A DNA stretch of 64,000 bases from positions 333,808,001-333,872,000 of the forward strand of contig OZ024742.1 of assembly GCA_964016885.1 (NCBI GenBank). Reading direction: 5' to 3'. Below, piece by piece: positions 38,456 through 51,426 of the stretch (position 1 is the first letter of the stretch; the number at the start of each line of letters is the position of its first letter). Below the pieces are notes generated by a model. The model made no database searches. It saw only the letters and a program-made list of their open reading frames with translations, and was not told the DNA's origin. Made by a program: the position numbers and the translations under genes. Origin of the DNA: Eledone cirrhosa. Lineage: Eukaryota.

Positions 38456-40464
38456 TAACCAGATTAGCCGTTCCTTGATTTGGGGCAATACTTTTTAAGT
38501 TTGTATGTATGTACATATATATATGAACGTGCGTATGTATGTGTGTATAATATTATATAACAGACTTATGAAAAGTAAAATATTACATAATAGCAAGCAA
38601 CCTATTCATTCTATACCACATTGGATATCAGCAAGAACCTCGTTGAGAGCACGCGTATCAATGGAATGCTCAGGCACTCACATATTAATATGACACGTAA
38701 GCTGCTCCATTGTTCGATCAACTGGAATATTCAACGTTGGGGCTAACGGAGGTCCAATAAATACAACAGATCATTTTTCCTTGATACGTTTCAGTCCAGA
38801 TTTCATACATTGGACATAGGCAGGCCAGGTATCGTTAAGAACAGAAATAGACACAAACTCAAGAGATTTAAGGAAAACGTTGTTAGTAGGTTTGAACAAC
38901 GTGCTGAATTCATATCATCGTAACTACAACTATCAGAGAAATTGCATGAAAATTCAAATGGCTTGAATCTCAGTTTATATCCCTTTGTAAACCAGGTTAA
39001 TGCATGCCATTTTTTTTCCTTTATGCTTTAGTATGGACTTGTAATTTTTCTGTGCAGTTTACATTTTTTTTTTTATTTTTTTAATATCTGAAATCTCATT
39101 TAGATCTTATAAAAAATATATATATATACATGTGTGTATGTGCAGGTGTGTATACGGACACATGTATATCCACATATTCCACCCATGTATATATATATAT
39201 ATATTGAATATATGAGATTATGAGTGCATAGATATATATATATTCATGTATGTATGCGTACATATTTCTAGTTGTATATTTTATTGCTCACTTTCATTCA
39301 TATTCCCTCTTCTATCCAACATGTCTTCACTTCCGACTTCTTTTCATAGAGTTTTTAGGCAGTGCTTTCGTACTGATATTTGAGTGAACAATTTTTATTA
39401 TCAATTCATAGATTTACTATATTCATATTCATATTCTATGCCTCCATACACATTAAACGGATGACTACTTGAATGGACGCGTGTTCGAGCATCTATATCT
39501 ATGTCTATGACTGATCTTACTTTACGTGTACATATTCAGAGGTAAGAGAACTTTCACAAACTAATGTATTTATGTAGGCTTGCTTATTTGTGTGTGTATG
39601 TAGTTTATGTGTGTGTATATATGTACAATATGTATGTATATGTGGTTGTGCATACATTGTGAGGTGATGGGTGGTGGCAGTTCATTTCTATCTACTACTG
39701 ACATGCTAATCGCATTGCATCAGCTTCAGTAAAAGTAACGTTAACAGAGAAAGGGGCTTTATACTGATGTTTTAGATCGTACTAACGCATCTGATACATT
39801 TTACAGTTCAGGTATTTTTAAGCTCCATGATAAAGTAGGGTGCCTTCCAACATTGCACAAGCTGCTGCTCTTCAATAAGTATATGATGTTCCAGGTATAG
39901 TTTGGTATTTCTCCACAGATATTTCTGGCATCAATTGTGGTGTCCACAGCGGATTGAATCCTAGCCTATTTATGAGATATTTTTCCATCTTTCAGGAGGA
40001 AAACAACTTAGTTTCTTTCTGCTCTGTCTGAAAACAGACCTTTGTTGTAATGACCACCATTAACCCCAAAGAACTAGGTTTCAAATTCCACTATATTCGA
40101 TCTGCCGTTTCCAGCCATGTGTTGCTCGCATTGAATGACACCTAAACTGAAATGAGTAACTATATTTCCTTAACACGTAAATACCTTTCGTTATAGCCCG
40201 ATACAAAGGAGACAGCCTATCCCGAAGAAGCCATCTCCTTATGTAAATCACATGGGAATGATGTCAATTGGTAATGCAATACATCAAATGTGTTCTATAC
40301 ATTTTCTGCAGATCTTACATGTACAAATTAAAGTTTTCAATAATTCTTGGGTTAGAGTGCATTAAACCTGTCATACATTTACAGGTTTTACAGATTTTGT
40401 CCGTTTGGATTCTAGTATGTGAATATCATTGGCAAACAATGAGTTAATCGGAAACCGTTAATTA

Positions 40465-40615
40465 GCCTGGCAGTATCGGTGGTGGGTTGGATGCTATGCG
40501 TTTCAGTACAGAGTTCCGGCCCTTTTTACGTTCTGAGTTCAAATTCCGCTGAGATTAACTTTGCCTTTCATCCATAAGGGGTCGATAAAATAAAGCACCA
40601 GTAATGCACTGGGAT
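40465..40615 (+). mobile_element. SINE (2427 family)
   Basis: CTGAGTTCAAATTCCGCTGAGATTAACTTTGCCTTTCATCCATAAGGGGTCGATAAAATAAAGCACCAG. Confidence 0.85.
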
Positions 40616-40919
40616 ACATCTGCATATCATAGGGAATTACAAAAAGGGATTACGTTTAGCCAAATACAAATTCTAAGAATACACACAATATCAAATGTTG
40701 AATATTGATAAGCATATAACGAAGACAGTACATGAACTGGTTTTAACGTGGAAAGTTGTGAGAGATTGTGTTTATAGGTTGAAGTAAAAGGCATTACTTC
40801 ATCATTATTAATATTAATATTATTATATCTTGTAGTTAAATGATATACATAGAATAGAGCGTTAAAAGCACGAAGTTAAGCGATATTAGAATAGGAGCCG
40901 CGGTAAGACTTTCGGGGGC

Positions 40920-41097
40920 CGTAACTGCAGCAAAGAGTTACGGCCCTTTATGGTCTGAGTTCAAATCCGCCGAGGTTAAATTTGTGCCTTTCATCCTTAC
41001 GGGGTTGATAAAATAAAGCACTTGGATAATTGGGATAATACACCGGGATAATACACTGGGATAATTGCTCGCCTTGTGCCAAAAGTAGAAACAATTA
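40920..41097 (+). mobile_element. SINE (2427 family)
   Basis: GAGTTACGGCCCTTTATGGTCTGAGTTCAAATCCGCCGAGG...GCCTTGTGCCAAAAGTAGAAACAATT. Confidence 0.85.
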
Positions 41098-42786
41098 ATA
41101 ATATATATGTAGGAAACATGCGTAAGTATCATTAATTGTTTCAAGTATCATTAATTGTTTCTACTTTAGGCAATTAAATTTGGCGATATATGGCTGCGTT
41201 TTCTAGCAGCATGCCTACCCGCCGTAAGCGACCAATCACACGCTTTCTCTCTGGCTGGTACACAGCTACATAGCGATCTTAGCCATTTTTGAATCTAAAT
41301 TTGGCGGGGTCTGTCCGAGAAATTAAATGTCTATTTCTGAGTTTGTCTCCTGATGATAATCTTGACTCGGGACAGTCCATATTATTTGGATGTCCTAAAC
41401 AAGGAAGAAACCATGGTCGAGATATCATTACGGTATGTGCGCATTTCTTCTAAGTTTAATTTTACTACTAATTACGTGCGGTTGACGATATGTTTGATCG
41501 GATTTTGCATGCTGCCGAAGTGTTTGATAAATAATGGAACGGAGTTAACGCGAACTGGCTGCGATCAATTATTTGTCGGAGATTTGCCAGTTAGAAAATT
41601 TACTCTTAAAGCTTGCTGGATTTGATTATGTATATGGTTAATTATGCTGATTAGAGGAAGAAATAGTATATATTTTAATATCTGATTGATTCTATAGACA
41701 CGTTTTATGATATATATATATATATATATATATTATATAAGTAGATAGATAGATAGATATGTAGGTGTGTAACTTTGGCTTGGTAGATGGATGGATGCAT
41801 GGAACTGTTCTCGCCGTATGTCAGCAATTCTGAAGTTGGTTGTTTAAATCCAGTTTCTCAAAAATTAAGTAAGTGGGCGCACACTTTATCTCACGTCTCT
41901 CACGTCTACGGGGAAATTGATATTTTCACTGTTGAACGTCATGTGTCCTAAAAGATGTGTTATCTCCTCGGGGTTTAGTAAAGTAAATCATTGAATACAA
42001 ATTGTGTTAGATTTAGATACATGAGTCAATCTTGATTTGCGATGAAATGTTCTACATACCAGTGACATATGCACGCAATCTAATTATATGACGACTGAAA
42101 TTCCTGAACACGTGGGTTCAGATTAAGGTTCCCCTGCATGGCAGCTTCTACAAGTGTTTTCTTATTATAGCCTCATTATCGTCAATGCTGTGAAGATTTG
42201 GTAGAGAGAAATGACGTGGATCCCATCAATATTGTCTGCAATGCTAAAATATTGATCATTTTATGGATTGATTCAGAAATACTCTGGAAAATCGCACGTA
42301 TATTTTTTTGGCATTCCCCAATATTTCTGCTGCTACAGTTATTCTGGGGCTACAAAGTAACATGCTCCTAGACATGTCATAAACATGTCGTCTCATGCAC
42401 ATAGATTAGTCAGTAAATTCCATTACATAAATTGATTGATCTATATGTATATATGAGTGTATGTGTGTATGGAATTGTTTGGTTATATGTGCGCATGTGC
42501 ATAGGTTTTGTTTCTGTACATGTGTATATGCAGTTATGTATATATCGGTGTTGGATCTCCCTCCGGTCTGACGACGAGCGTTTCAGTTATTCCTGTAAAC
42601 AGAACAACCTTCTCGTGAAATGATGTTACAGGGAGCTGAATATTGCAATAAGTAAACATTTAACATAGTTCTCACAAAATGTGTTGCCCAAAGCCACAAT
42701 GCCCCGTCAGGAATTGAACTAACGGACTTAACGATTCTGCACTGAACACTCTAACCACTAAGCCACATACCTTACGGTGTATGCAC

Positions 42787-43403
42787 ATGCATACATACAT
42801 ACATATATGGTGGTTGCCAACTCGTTTTCGAGTACGGCCACTACTTTATATCCATGTAGGAGAACCCCTAATGATGCGCTGAACGAGTGTGACTTTTTAG
42901 TCCAGCCAGCGAATTGAAAACTCTGGTACAAACACTACACCTGTGACAATTATTGACACATAGTGCTGGGCCCATGGAACCATGTGACGACAAGTGCAGA
43001 GAGATCTCCAAATATAAAGCAATACCTGTGCCGTGAAGCTTTTATAGTGAGAAAAGGCACTGCACAAAGCCAGTCCCGCTCTCTTAACCAAGATGATATT
43101 TACCAAAAAGAAGAACAAGTCAACATCATTGGATACCATCAGTGTTATATCAGAGTTTTCCTTCTCCTAGAATTCTGCCTTGACAAAGGCTAAGGGGTTA
43201 TCTCTCCCGGTGATTTTGGATGGCCATTGACCCTTAAGAACTCCTTTGCCCTTTGACAGGTTTTGTTTTTAGTCCTGCAGGATGTCCAAAGTCACCTTCC
43301 TCACTAGGAAACCTTGGTGGGGTTGCCAGTTTAGTCGCCAACGACCCGACCATGAGACAGGTTGTACTGGGATACATGTTACCAGTAGCACCAACTGGTG
43401 ACC
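42787..43403 (-). mobile_element. Non-autonomous RTE-related element with an (ATGT)n tail
   Basis: Minus strand contains CTAGGAGAAGGAAAACTCTGA and GGCGACTAAA, motifs I recognise from RTE 5' UTRs. Its 3' 220 bp is duplicated at 43518-43737. (TACA)n lies on both sides. Confidence 0.7.
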
Positions 43404-43517
43404 TACATACATACATACATACATACATACATACATACATACACACGTACGTACATACATGCATGCATACATACATACTTGCATGCATACATTGATACGT
43501 ACGTACATACATACATA

Positions 43518-43737
43518 CATGGTGGCTGCCAACTCGTTTTCGAGTACGGCCACTACTTTATATCCATGTAGGAGAACCCCTAACGATGCGCTGAACGAGT
43601 GTGATTTTACTTGAGCCAGTGACTTGAAAACTCTGGTACAAACACTACACTTGTCACAATTATTGACACATAGTGCTGGGCCCATGGAACCATGTGATGA
43701 CAAGTGCAGAGAGATCTCCAGATATAAAGCAATGCCT
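43518..43737 (-). mobile_element. 5'-truncated second copy of the 42787 element, between (TACA)n tracts
   Basis: Near-identical to 42807-43027. Confidence 0.85.
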
Positions 43738-45578
43738 ACATACATACATACATACATACATACATACATACATACATACATACATACATACATACATACA
43801 TACATACATACATGCATGCATAAAAATAGGCACTGTATCGGAACCTGTTAAAATCTGTGAAACACTTGCCGGGAATGCTGCAGTCAATAATATACTCGAA
43901 ATTAAGAAAAATACACACACATACATATATACATATATACATGCATACCTAAAATGAAAGAGAAATATAGATGTATGTTACAGACAAAATATAAGGAATT
44001 ATATACGAGTTGAGTAATATGAAAATTTAAATATAGGTATCGATACGTGTCTATATGTATTTGTTATGTACCTGATTGCGTTAGTATATGGAACAGTTTC
44101 ATTGGAGAGTATTCGCCCGTCTGCAGGTCTGTTTGCGTAATTATGTAAGAGCATGTAAGTGATTATTCTATATAAATAATGCAATATATATAGTTCTGAT
44201 TCTCTTTTATATTCAATGATGATTAAAATTTACTGTAGAATTTAACATTTTATTTCCTGAGAGATTTCATTTTTCATTTGTTCATTTTTCTCTATTTATG
44301 AGTAATTAAATACCGTCATACTAGAGTTGTTTGATCATTAGTCTATACACTTTTAACCATTACAACCTGAGCATAGTTTCTCATTCTTTTTTTGTTTATA
44401 ATTATTGCGTTATTAGTGAGATTTCCAATATTTATTGGTGTATTTTTTTCTTTCTCAATCACCTCTAATGTTAATCTATATTTAAAAGTTTCAATCATTT
44501 TAGAGAAACAAAGAATATATCACAGCATAAAATGTTCAAATATAATGGCAATTATATCTATTTTACATTTACCTTAAAATCTTCAAACATATGCATTCTA
44601 GCATATAACTCATTTTATGTGGAAAATCGGAAGTTCAATGTTGCGAACAGAACCCACGTCGAAAATAATTTATTCATCGGTTTTCGTCACATTATAAACC
44701 ATGTTTGCAAATTTGATTTTGTGTAGTAATATGTGCCGGTGTAGACCGCCATTAGTGTCCACATCTTCTACAGTTACAGTATATATTTGAGTATATAGAT
44801 GTTTCATCATTAAAAATTATTTCTAAATAGTTCTATAAGCGATGTGGGTTTTATTTGTCTTCCTAATTTATTTATTCAAACGACTCCAGTTATTCTAAGC
44901 TAGCAATGATTTCTCTATATTTTTGTCTAATAGGCAAACAATACCAAACAAATCTCTTTGTCTTTCAACCACCACGTACCTAAGATATATGATACATTCC
45001 AAAAACGTCTGCCAGAATAGAACATGGGGTGATCACAATAGGAGTGGTATTCGTATTGTTTATCTAACTTGTCGGAGATTACCTATGGTTAAAAAAACAG
45101 CAAAATTATCGAGGCGTCGTCTGAAACGGGTCGTGTATCTATGTATGTATGCATTGTTTTATGTGACGGTTTGGTTAAAAATAAACAAGGGGAAGAGGAA
45201 TTATATATAAATATATAATGCAGAATGTATTATTGTGTTACCTATCTCTACATTGGAAGATTATTATATTTTGAGGTGTTTAGTCATGCTATTATTCCAT
45301 ATCTAACATATAATGTATTAGGTGTTGCCTATAGCTCTGTACGTAAGGTATGGACAGGTATAGTGATATCTTCATCACACTTGGTTTGGTTATATAACTG
45401 TGTGACGGTCATTGTTGTCGAAGTGTTTTTGGATATAACTGAACACCAGGGATGCAACAAAGCTGAGAGAATGTGAGCTGCAGAAAGATATGTTAATGTT
45501 ACACCTAACATAAAATGTATTGTATTATATTATTATATTTTACATACATCTTACATGACAATCTCTCTCTCTTTCTCC

Positions 45579-45624
<46 letters not shown>

Positions 45625-47343
45625 TGTAGATATACATGATTTTCGGATCATCACATCATCCCTAATTCTAGGTGCTACTCACTCATTAAATCATTAGATA
45701 TAAATTTCCTAAGTAGGAAAAAGTGAAACCTTAAACTGATTACATATTGAAATTAAAAATACATGTGAAGTTAAAAATGCATGCAATTCATAAGGGTCCA
45801 TAACGACATGTTTAACAGCCGCATTCGTAGTAAGTACGTACTTCTTTTGGTTATTAAGATTTCTAGGGCAATTAATATTTGAAGTGTGTTTGAATCATGT
45901 TGATTGGATGTCAGTACTTGTATTGATATGTTTGATAGTCTGTTCTTGCAAATGTTGTATATATTTATTCTTAATAGACGAGTCATACCTGCAATAAGAG
46001 GTATAGGTAAACAGGAAACAGTACTTATATATAAAGTATACTGTACAATTGTGTAGACCGGTCGATTTGGCAGAGTTGGTAAAGCGTGGGAAGCCTTTTC
46101 ATGATACTGTGAGCTCAATTCCAAATGTAGTCTATTCTCTCTTTCTTCCTTTCGAAATTGGTATCATGTGCCATCTTCTCTTTCCAGCTATTATATCCTG
46201 GATCTGCTGATCGATCGAGTAGGGGAGAGGAACAATAGACATATATTTCACGTCTGCTCACGCCTGCATGAAGCCTTAGAATTCTTGGGGGAAACGATGG
46301 AGGTAATTCTTTAGCCGTACTTCAATGTGATTGAGGAATGAAGTTGAAATAATTTCTTATGTTGCACAAGGAAATCTAAGGGCTACGTGACAGTGCTAAA
46401 TACTCAATCTTAATCTATTTTAATATCACACATTCACATCCCTAAATGGGGGAAAGCCGTTTATCTAACAAATATGCAGCAAAATCTGTGATTCTAAACT
46501 GGTAGTTATGCGCTTATCTATTTAGCATTCAAAGACCCATTACTATCAAAATAAACCTCAATTTATTTTTAAATGAATGGCGTTTGGGGAATCAGTCTGA
46601 GATAAAGTCTACTTTTTCGTTTGGTTGTTTGTTTTACATAGTTTTATGTGTTCTTTGCTGCTTCTATTTATATTCTTTAAAATGTATATTTAAAACCGTT
46701 AATCAGTATGGATTATCTGCCAATATCACATGTTTCACACGTGTTTAGTATATCAGCAATTAAGCACACGTAGTTATTTTCACAAATATAGACCATTGAT
46801 TTGGTATCACTGAAAACTACTGAGAAAAGCAAAGTCTTAATCGTTATTCTCTTTATAGCCTTAACTAATATATGGATAGTTTCGAGATAAAACGTTATAT
46901 ATTTATCACAATTATTAATAAGGCGGTTGAAAAATTGTGAATTAGTGTTAGTGGTTGGCCAATATGGTTTGCAGCATTTAGTTACAGCTCTACGTCTCTT
47001 AGCATAAGTTCCACCGAAGTCAACTTTACTTTGCAGCTTCCCATGGTTGATAAAATAAAATACTAGACAAGTACTGGTTTCACTCTAACATCTGCTAGCC
47101 GTGGGCGTTGATATGAAAACATTTATTGTTTTTATGCATACTATGTTTCCAATGTTTCCCGGCTAGGTACTATTGTTGAACCTTGTATATATAGTATCAG
47201 GACTCGTTTATGAAAGATAAGTTAGTCACCTACCCCTTAAATATTGTGTAAGATCATACGTTGGTATATTTTATTGGCTAGTGTTTATGTAAGAAAGTGT
47301 TGTATGTGTTGACGTGCAACTGTAAAATATATGTATGGCTTAC

Positions 47344-47514
47344 TTCGACAAACATATTCTCATTAGTATCAGTAACCGTTTTGTACAGACTGCTGTCAGT
47401 CTCCTCTCTGGTGGCTTGGTTCAGCACCCCGTCTCTGAGGACATCAAGGTTGTACCCATGTGCACCAGCAGGAAATAGACAAAACTATCCTATTGATAAT
47501 GCATTAGAAAACAT
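47344..47514 (-). pseudogene. Candidate first coding exon of a secreted protein with an in-frame stop
   Basis: MFSNALSIG*FCLFPAGAHGYNLDVLRDGVLNQATREETDSSLYKTVTDTNENMFVE|GTAAGC. Signal-peptide-like start, GC-richer than flanks, canonical donor. Confidence 0.4.
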
Positions 47515-47712
47515 ATCCTTACTTTAGCAAATGCATCCCTAGACACTGATTCAGGCTGTCCATAGAAACATAAATATATACTCATTTGCATATTGATCAC
47601 TTTTGCGGATTCTTTATCGGAATACATTTTTTATCATATATATTGTATAAATAAATTGTATATATATATTTGTATATATATATATATATATATATAGATA
47701 TAGATATATATA

Positions 47713-48291
47713 TACAGTATATTTGATAATATACTGTATGTTTATTTAAAAACATTTTGAAGACCTTTCGCAATGAGTTTTAAAATGTCACATAGTTTGC
47801 CTCGACAAAAATAAAGGGAAGAACCGACAGCTGTTTCTCGTTTGTTAACGGTTATCACGATTGCTTATCCCCTCACATCTGCCGAGACTTATCGAAGCTG
47901 GATTCTTATAGAATCCCAGTGATGTTTAAGAGCTGATTAAGCTGAGCAGTTGCAGGTCCAGAAAAAATTAGAAATTAGTATCAGTGCTCTGAATTTCTAA
48001 TATTTTTTTCTGGACCTGCAACTGCTCTGCTTTATTAGCCCTTAAACATCACTGGGATTCTATAAGAATCCAGCTTCGATAAATCTCAGCAGAAGCGAGG
48101 GGATAACCGTTAACAAACGAGAAACAGATGTCGGCTACTTCACTTTATTTTTACCGAGAGAAAGTAAGTGACATAGTCACTACTTTAAAACTCATAGCGA
48201 ATGGTCTTCAAAATGTTTTAAAATAAACATACAGTATATTATCAAATATACTATACATTCATACATACATTGCTATTTCAGAGCACTGATA

Positions 48292-48295
<4 letters not shown>
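47713..48295. mobile_element. Fold-back element related to family Z, within (TA)n
   Basis: 47713-47974 is the reverse complement of 47994-48255. It shares GTGACATAGTCACTACTTTAAAA, CTATTTCAGAGCAC and CTTATAGAAT.CCAGT with 29524-30172. Confidence 0.88.
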
Positions 48296-48327
<32 letters not shown>

Positions 48328-49014
48328 TCCCGTAGGTCCTGAGGGAATTGCTGCGTCACCGTATATGGCATATCTAGAGTATTATCTGTTTAACCTGGTG
48401 GTGCGCAACTCCTCTCCAAGTCTGAATACAGCAGATTCCTTCAAGAGAACAGAGAGTTTGAGAATGGAAGTGAGAAAGAGATATGAAGGAAGAATAGACC
48501 GCAATACTAGACTGATACTGTTTAATAGACCTCGATTGGAAGAAAGCCAAAGTTGAACTCGGCGAGATTTGAATTTAGAGTGCGGAAAGCCAAAACGAAT
48601 ATCGCAAGGTATTCTATCTGACGTTCTAACGATTCTGACAACATGCGAACTTTGTTGCACTTGCCCACCACAAGTCCTCAATAGGCAGCTATAATAAAAC
48701 CTCTTCACAAGCCAGTCGACAATAATAATAAGTTAGTCTAAGGAATGTTAAATGACTAATACCATTCTTTTAATATATATTTTATCTGCTAGTACTTTAC
48801 AATATTCAGATATGTGGAATGTAATTTAGATTAACTATTTTCACTTTGTAATCTGTTTACGTTCATGTCATGTGTATTACTAGATTTTCGTTTTATTCTT
48901 TTTTTTTTGACCTACGACGATAAATCATCTAGTTCTGACCCTCTTGACTTCTTTTCAAACAGGAAATCTGGGACAGCCTAAATATTTTAACAAAATACGT
49001 TATTCATTTTTTAT

Positions 49015-49418
49015 TAAATGCTAAGATGTTATACGCATGTTTTTTTCGTTCTGTGCCGAACCGACATGGAACGAAGAAGCAAGGTGTTTGATAGTGAATG
49101 TTTTAGAAGGTTGCACTGTATCTTGATTACAGAACACAATACAAATTGCTTTGTGAATTTTGTAACATCAAATTTGTTAACAGGCAAGACTTGCAAAATG
49201 AGGAAAGCTCACCTATTACGCAGATATAACCCGGCTTGACTCCCCGTCCAAAACAGTTCTCTAGCATATATTTCATAAAGCACAAGTCAGAGGGAAAAAC
49301 AATCTTCTTTCGAAAACATAAGAAACGGAAAAAGTCTCATAGTGTGACAGTGACCAGTACGGATTGCTGAATACCAGAACGTCTGGAGTGTGCTCCTCAA
49401 CGGATTGATGATGATGAA
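49015..49418 (+). mobile_element. Degenerate RTE-clade LINE 3' fragment with a short (GAT)n tail
   Basis: DMERRSKVFDSECFRRLHCILITEHNTN...SPSKTVL resembles RTE ERRI.AFE..C.RR.L.I...H.TN...LSKT.L. Confidence 0.6.
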
Positions 49419-50554
49419 CATGTAATAGGAGTAACATTTGGTGGAGATTTAGCCTTGCAACTTCCTCTTTAAAAAAAAATAGTTCTTGATGTGAGCTTCA
49501 CATATATTATTCAGATACAATGTATCTTTGATTAGAGTATAACATATGTGCTTCGATTTGTTAAGGTTGAAGTAAATTATTTGTGAGCGTATTGGATGTT
49601 GTTTCTATCAGGAAGACTCTTTTTTTAAAGTTATTTTTTTATTTTAGTTCTATCCAAACGATTTACTTGCTTGGGTGACCTTGCTATAAACTAATGTGAT
49701 TTGATGTCTCTATGAATCAAATTCTACGTCAATATCAGAATTATGTGTCCCTTGTTTGTGAAAAAAAGAATTATCTTTTACCTGAAAGTTACTTACTGAC
49801 AGTTGAGAATAAAAATATCGATTATAATATTAATCTTTCAGTTTAGAATAAGGATCACAGGTCATTAAAGAGCCAGATCTCTGTATTCTCAAAATAAATT
49901 AGTCTCAGTGATTTGAATTATAACGTATGATGCATACTCCGTTCCATTATAGCCGAACAGATATTCTGTTCTCTTTAGGTTCTGTGGCATTAAGGGAATT
50001 ATTTGAGTTTGATTTTCTATGTAATATATATTATAAGAGAGTGTTAAAGTTTGCTTGAAGCATTTTGGAATATGAAAACTAGTCGTTTTGGAAACCCCAA
50101 CAATGCAGTTTAGTAAATCTCCGAGTAAGAAAATCAGGTGGTATTAAGCTGAGATAGAGAAGTAGAGGAAAGTTTAGAAAGAGACCTAGAGAGCGAAAAG
50201 AACGTAAGAAAGGTGTAAAAAGACAAGAGATAGAGTTACCTTGGAAGCGATTTATTAGTCCCTATATTTCGGTTTTCACATCCATCAACAGGGGGGAGGG
50301 GGTTCCGAGGGGAAAGTGTTGCGTCGGAGAAAAGACAACAACTTCGTTGTTTGCCGTGTACGTACAATATATATTATTATTATTAAATGATAATTCTTTA
50401 TAATTTTCGCGTAATGTTTTTGATGGTGATCCATTTTCTGTAGTTATTTTTGCTATTCAACTCTGATGACAGAATTATATTATTCGTTGTCAAACACACT
50501 ATTCCTTTATTCACTAAATAAACAATTGAGCTTAGCACTACCATTATGACCATT

Positions 50555-50716
50555 GTCGGACGCCATGCTTTGCAGCACAGTTACGTCCCTTTACGGAGTG
50601 CGTTCAAATCCCGCCGAGGTTAACTTTGCCTTTCATCCTTACGGTGGCGATAAAATAAAGTACCAGTAATACACTGGAATAATTGCTGGCCTTGTGCCAA
50701 AAGTAGAAACAATTAT
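50555..50716 (+). mobile_element. SINE (2427 family)
   Basis: GTTCAAATCCCGCCGAGGTTAACTTTGCCTTTCATCCTTACGG...GATAAAATAAAGTACCAG...GGCCTTGTGCCAAAAGTAGAAACAATT. Confidence 0.9.
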
Positions 50717-51426
50717 ATATCTTTAAGGAGGTTTACATTTTATCAAGCATCCAAAACAGATCACATTTTACTGCTAAAAGATTTTTTTTGTATTGTCCAG
50801 GATGAAAATTAGCTATAGAGCATAAGAGAACAACCATGCTTATCCGGTAAAATCACGAAAGATCACCTCTATTACATTCTGTCCTTCCTATATTATGAAT
50901 TATTACAATTTGTTAATGCTTCATCCCATCCTACCCTAAATTTCGATATTTTATTTTAACGAGAGTTATATTTACTAACATATTATATATCGATATATTA
51001 CAAATCAAACTTCTTTTATTTCTCCAAATGTTCTAGGAATTGATTCATATCATCTAGCACCCTGTCTTCCTCGCTATATCATTTACTCAGTGGTGGAGTT
51101 GTATGTAATGTACAAATGTTGTGCAAACACCCCTGCGAGTGTTTAAGGCACTTGAATTTCTGAATTAATTCCTAAATTTCAACAACTCATTGGTTGAATG
51201 AACCAAATACAACACTTACCGATCTGAATATGTAAGAGAAATAAATATATGCAGTTTATATAATGAAATATTCAATTTATATGTCAGAGCAATTGCATTT
51301 TTCAGCACATATTATGCAGTTATACGGCTTTGAAAGGTTGAGATTACAACTACCGTTCATTTTCTGCTAACTAAACTGCAGTAACGTGAAATACTGTGAC
51401 ATGCTCAAGGACTCAACACACTAAGA

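Noticed and set aside
38606-38917. Selenoprotein reading of the TGA-only frame
   Set aside because: I see no SECIS or redox motif, and CGA/TGG>TGA decay or chance is simpler.
39800-40420. R4/Dong-like RLE C-terminus on the minus strand
   Set aside because: The resemblances are scattered over different frames with no PD..D/E motif. An alternative near-open frame explains the region as well.
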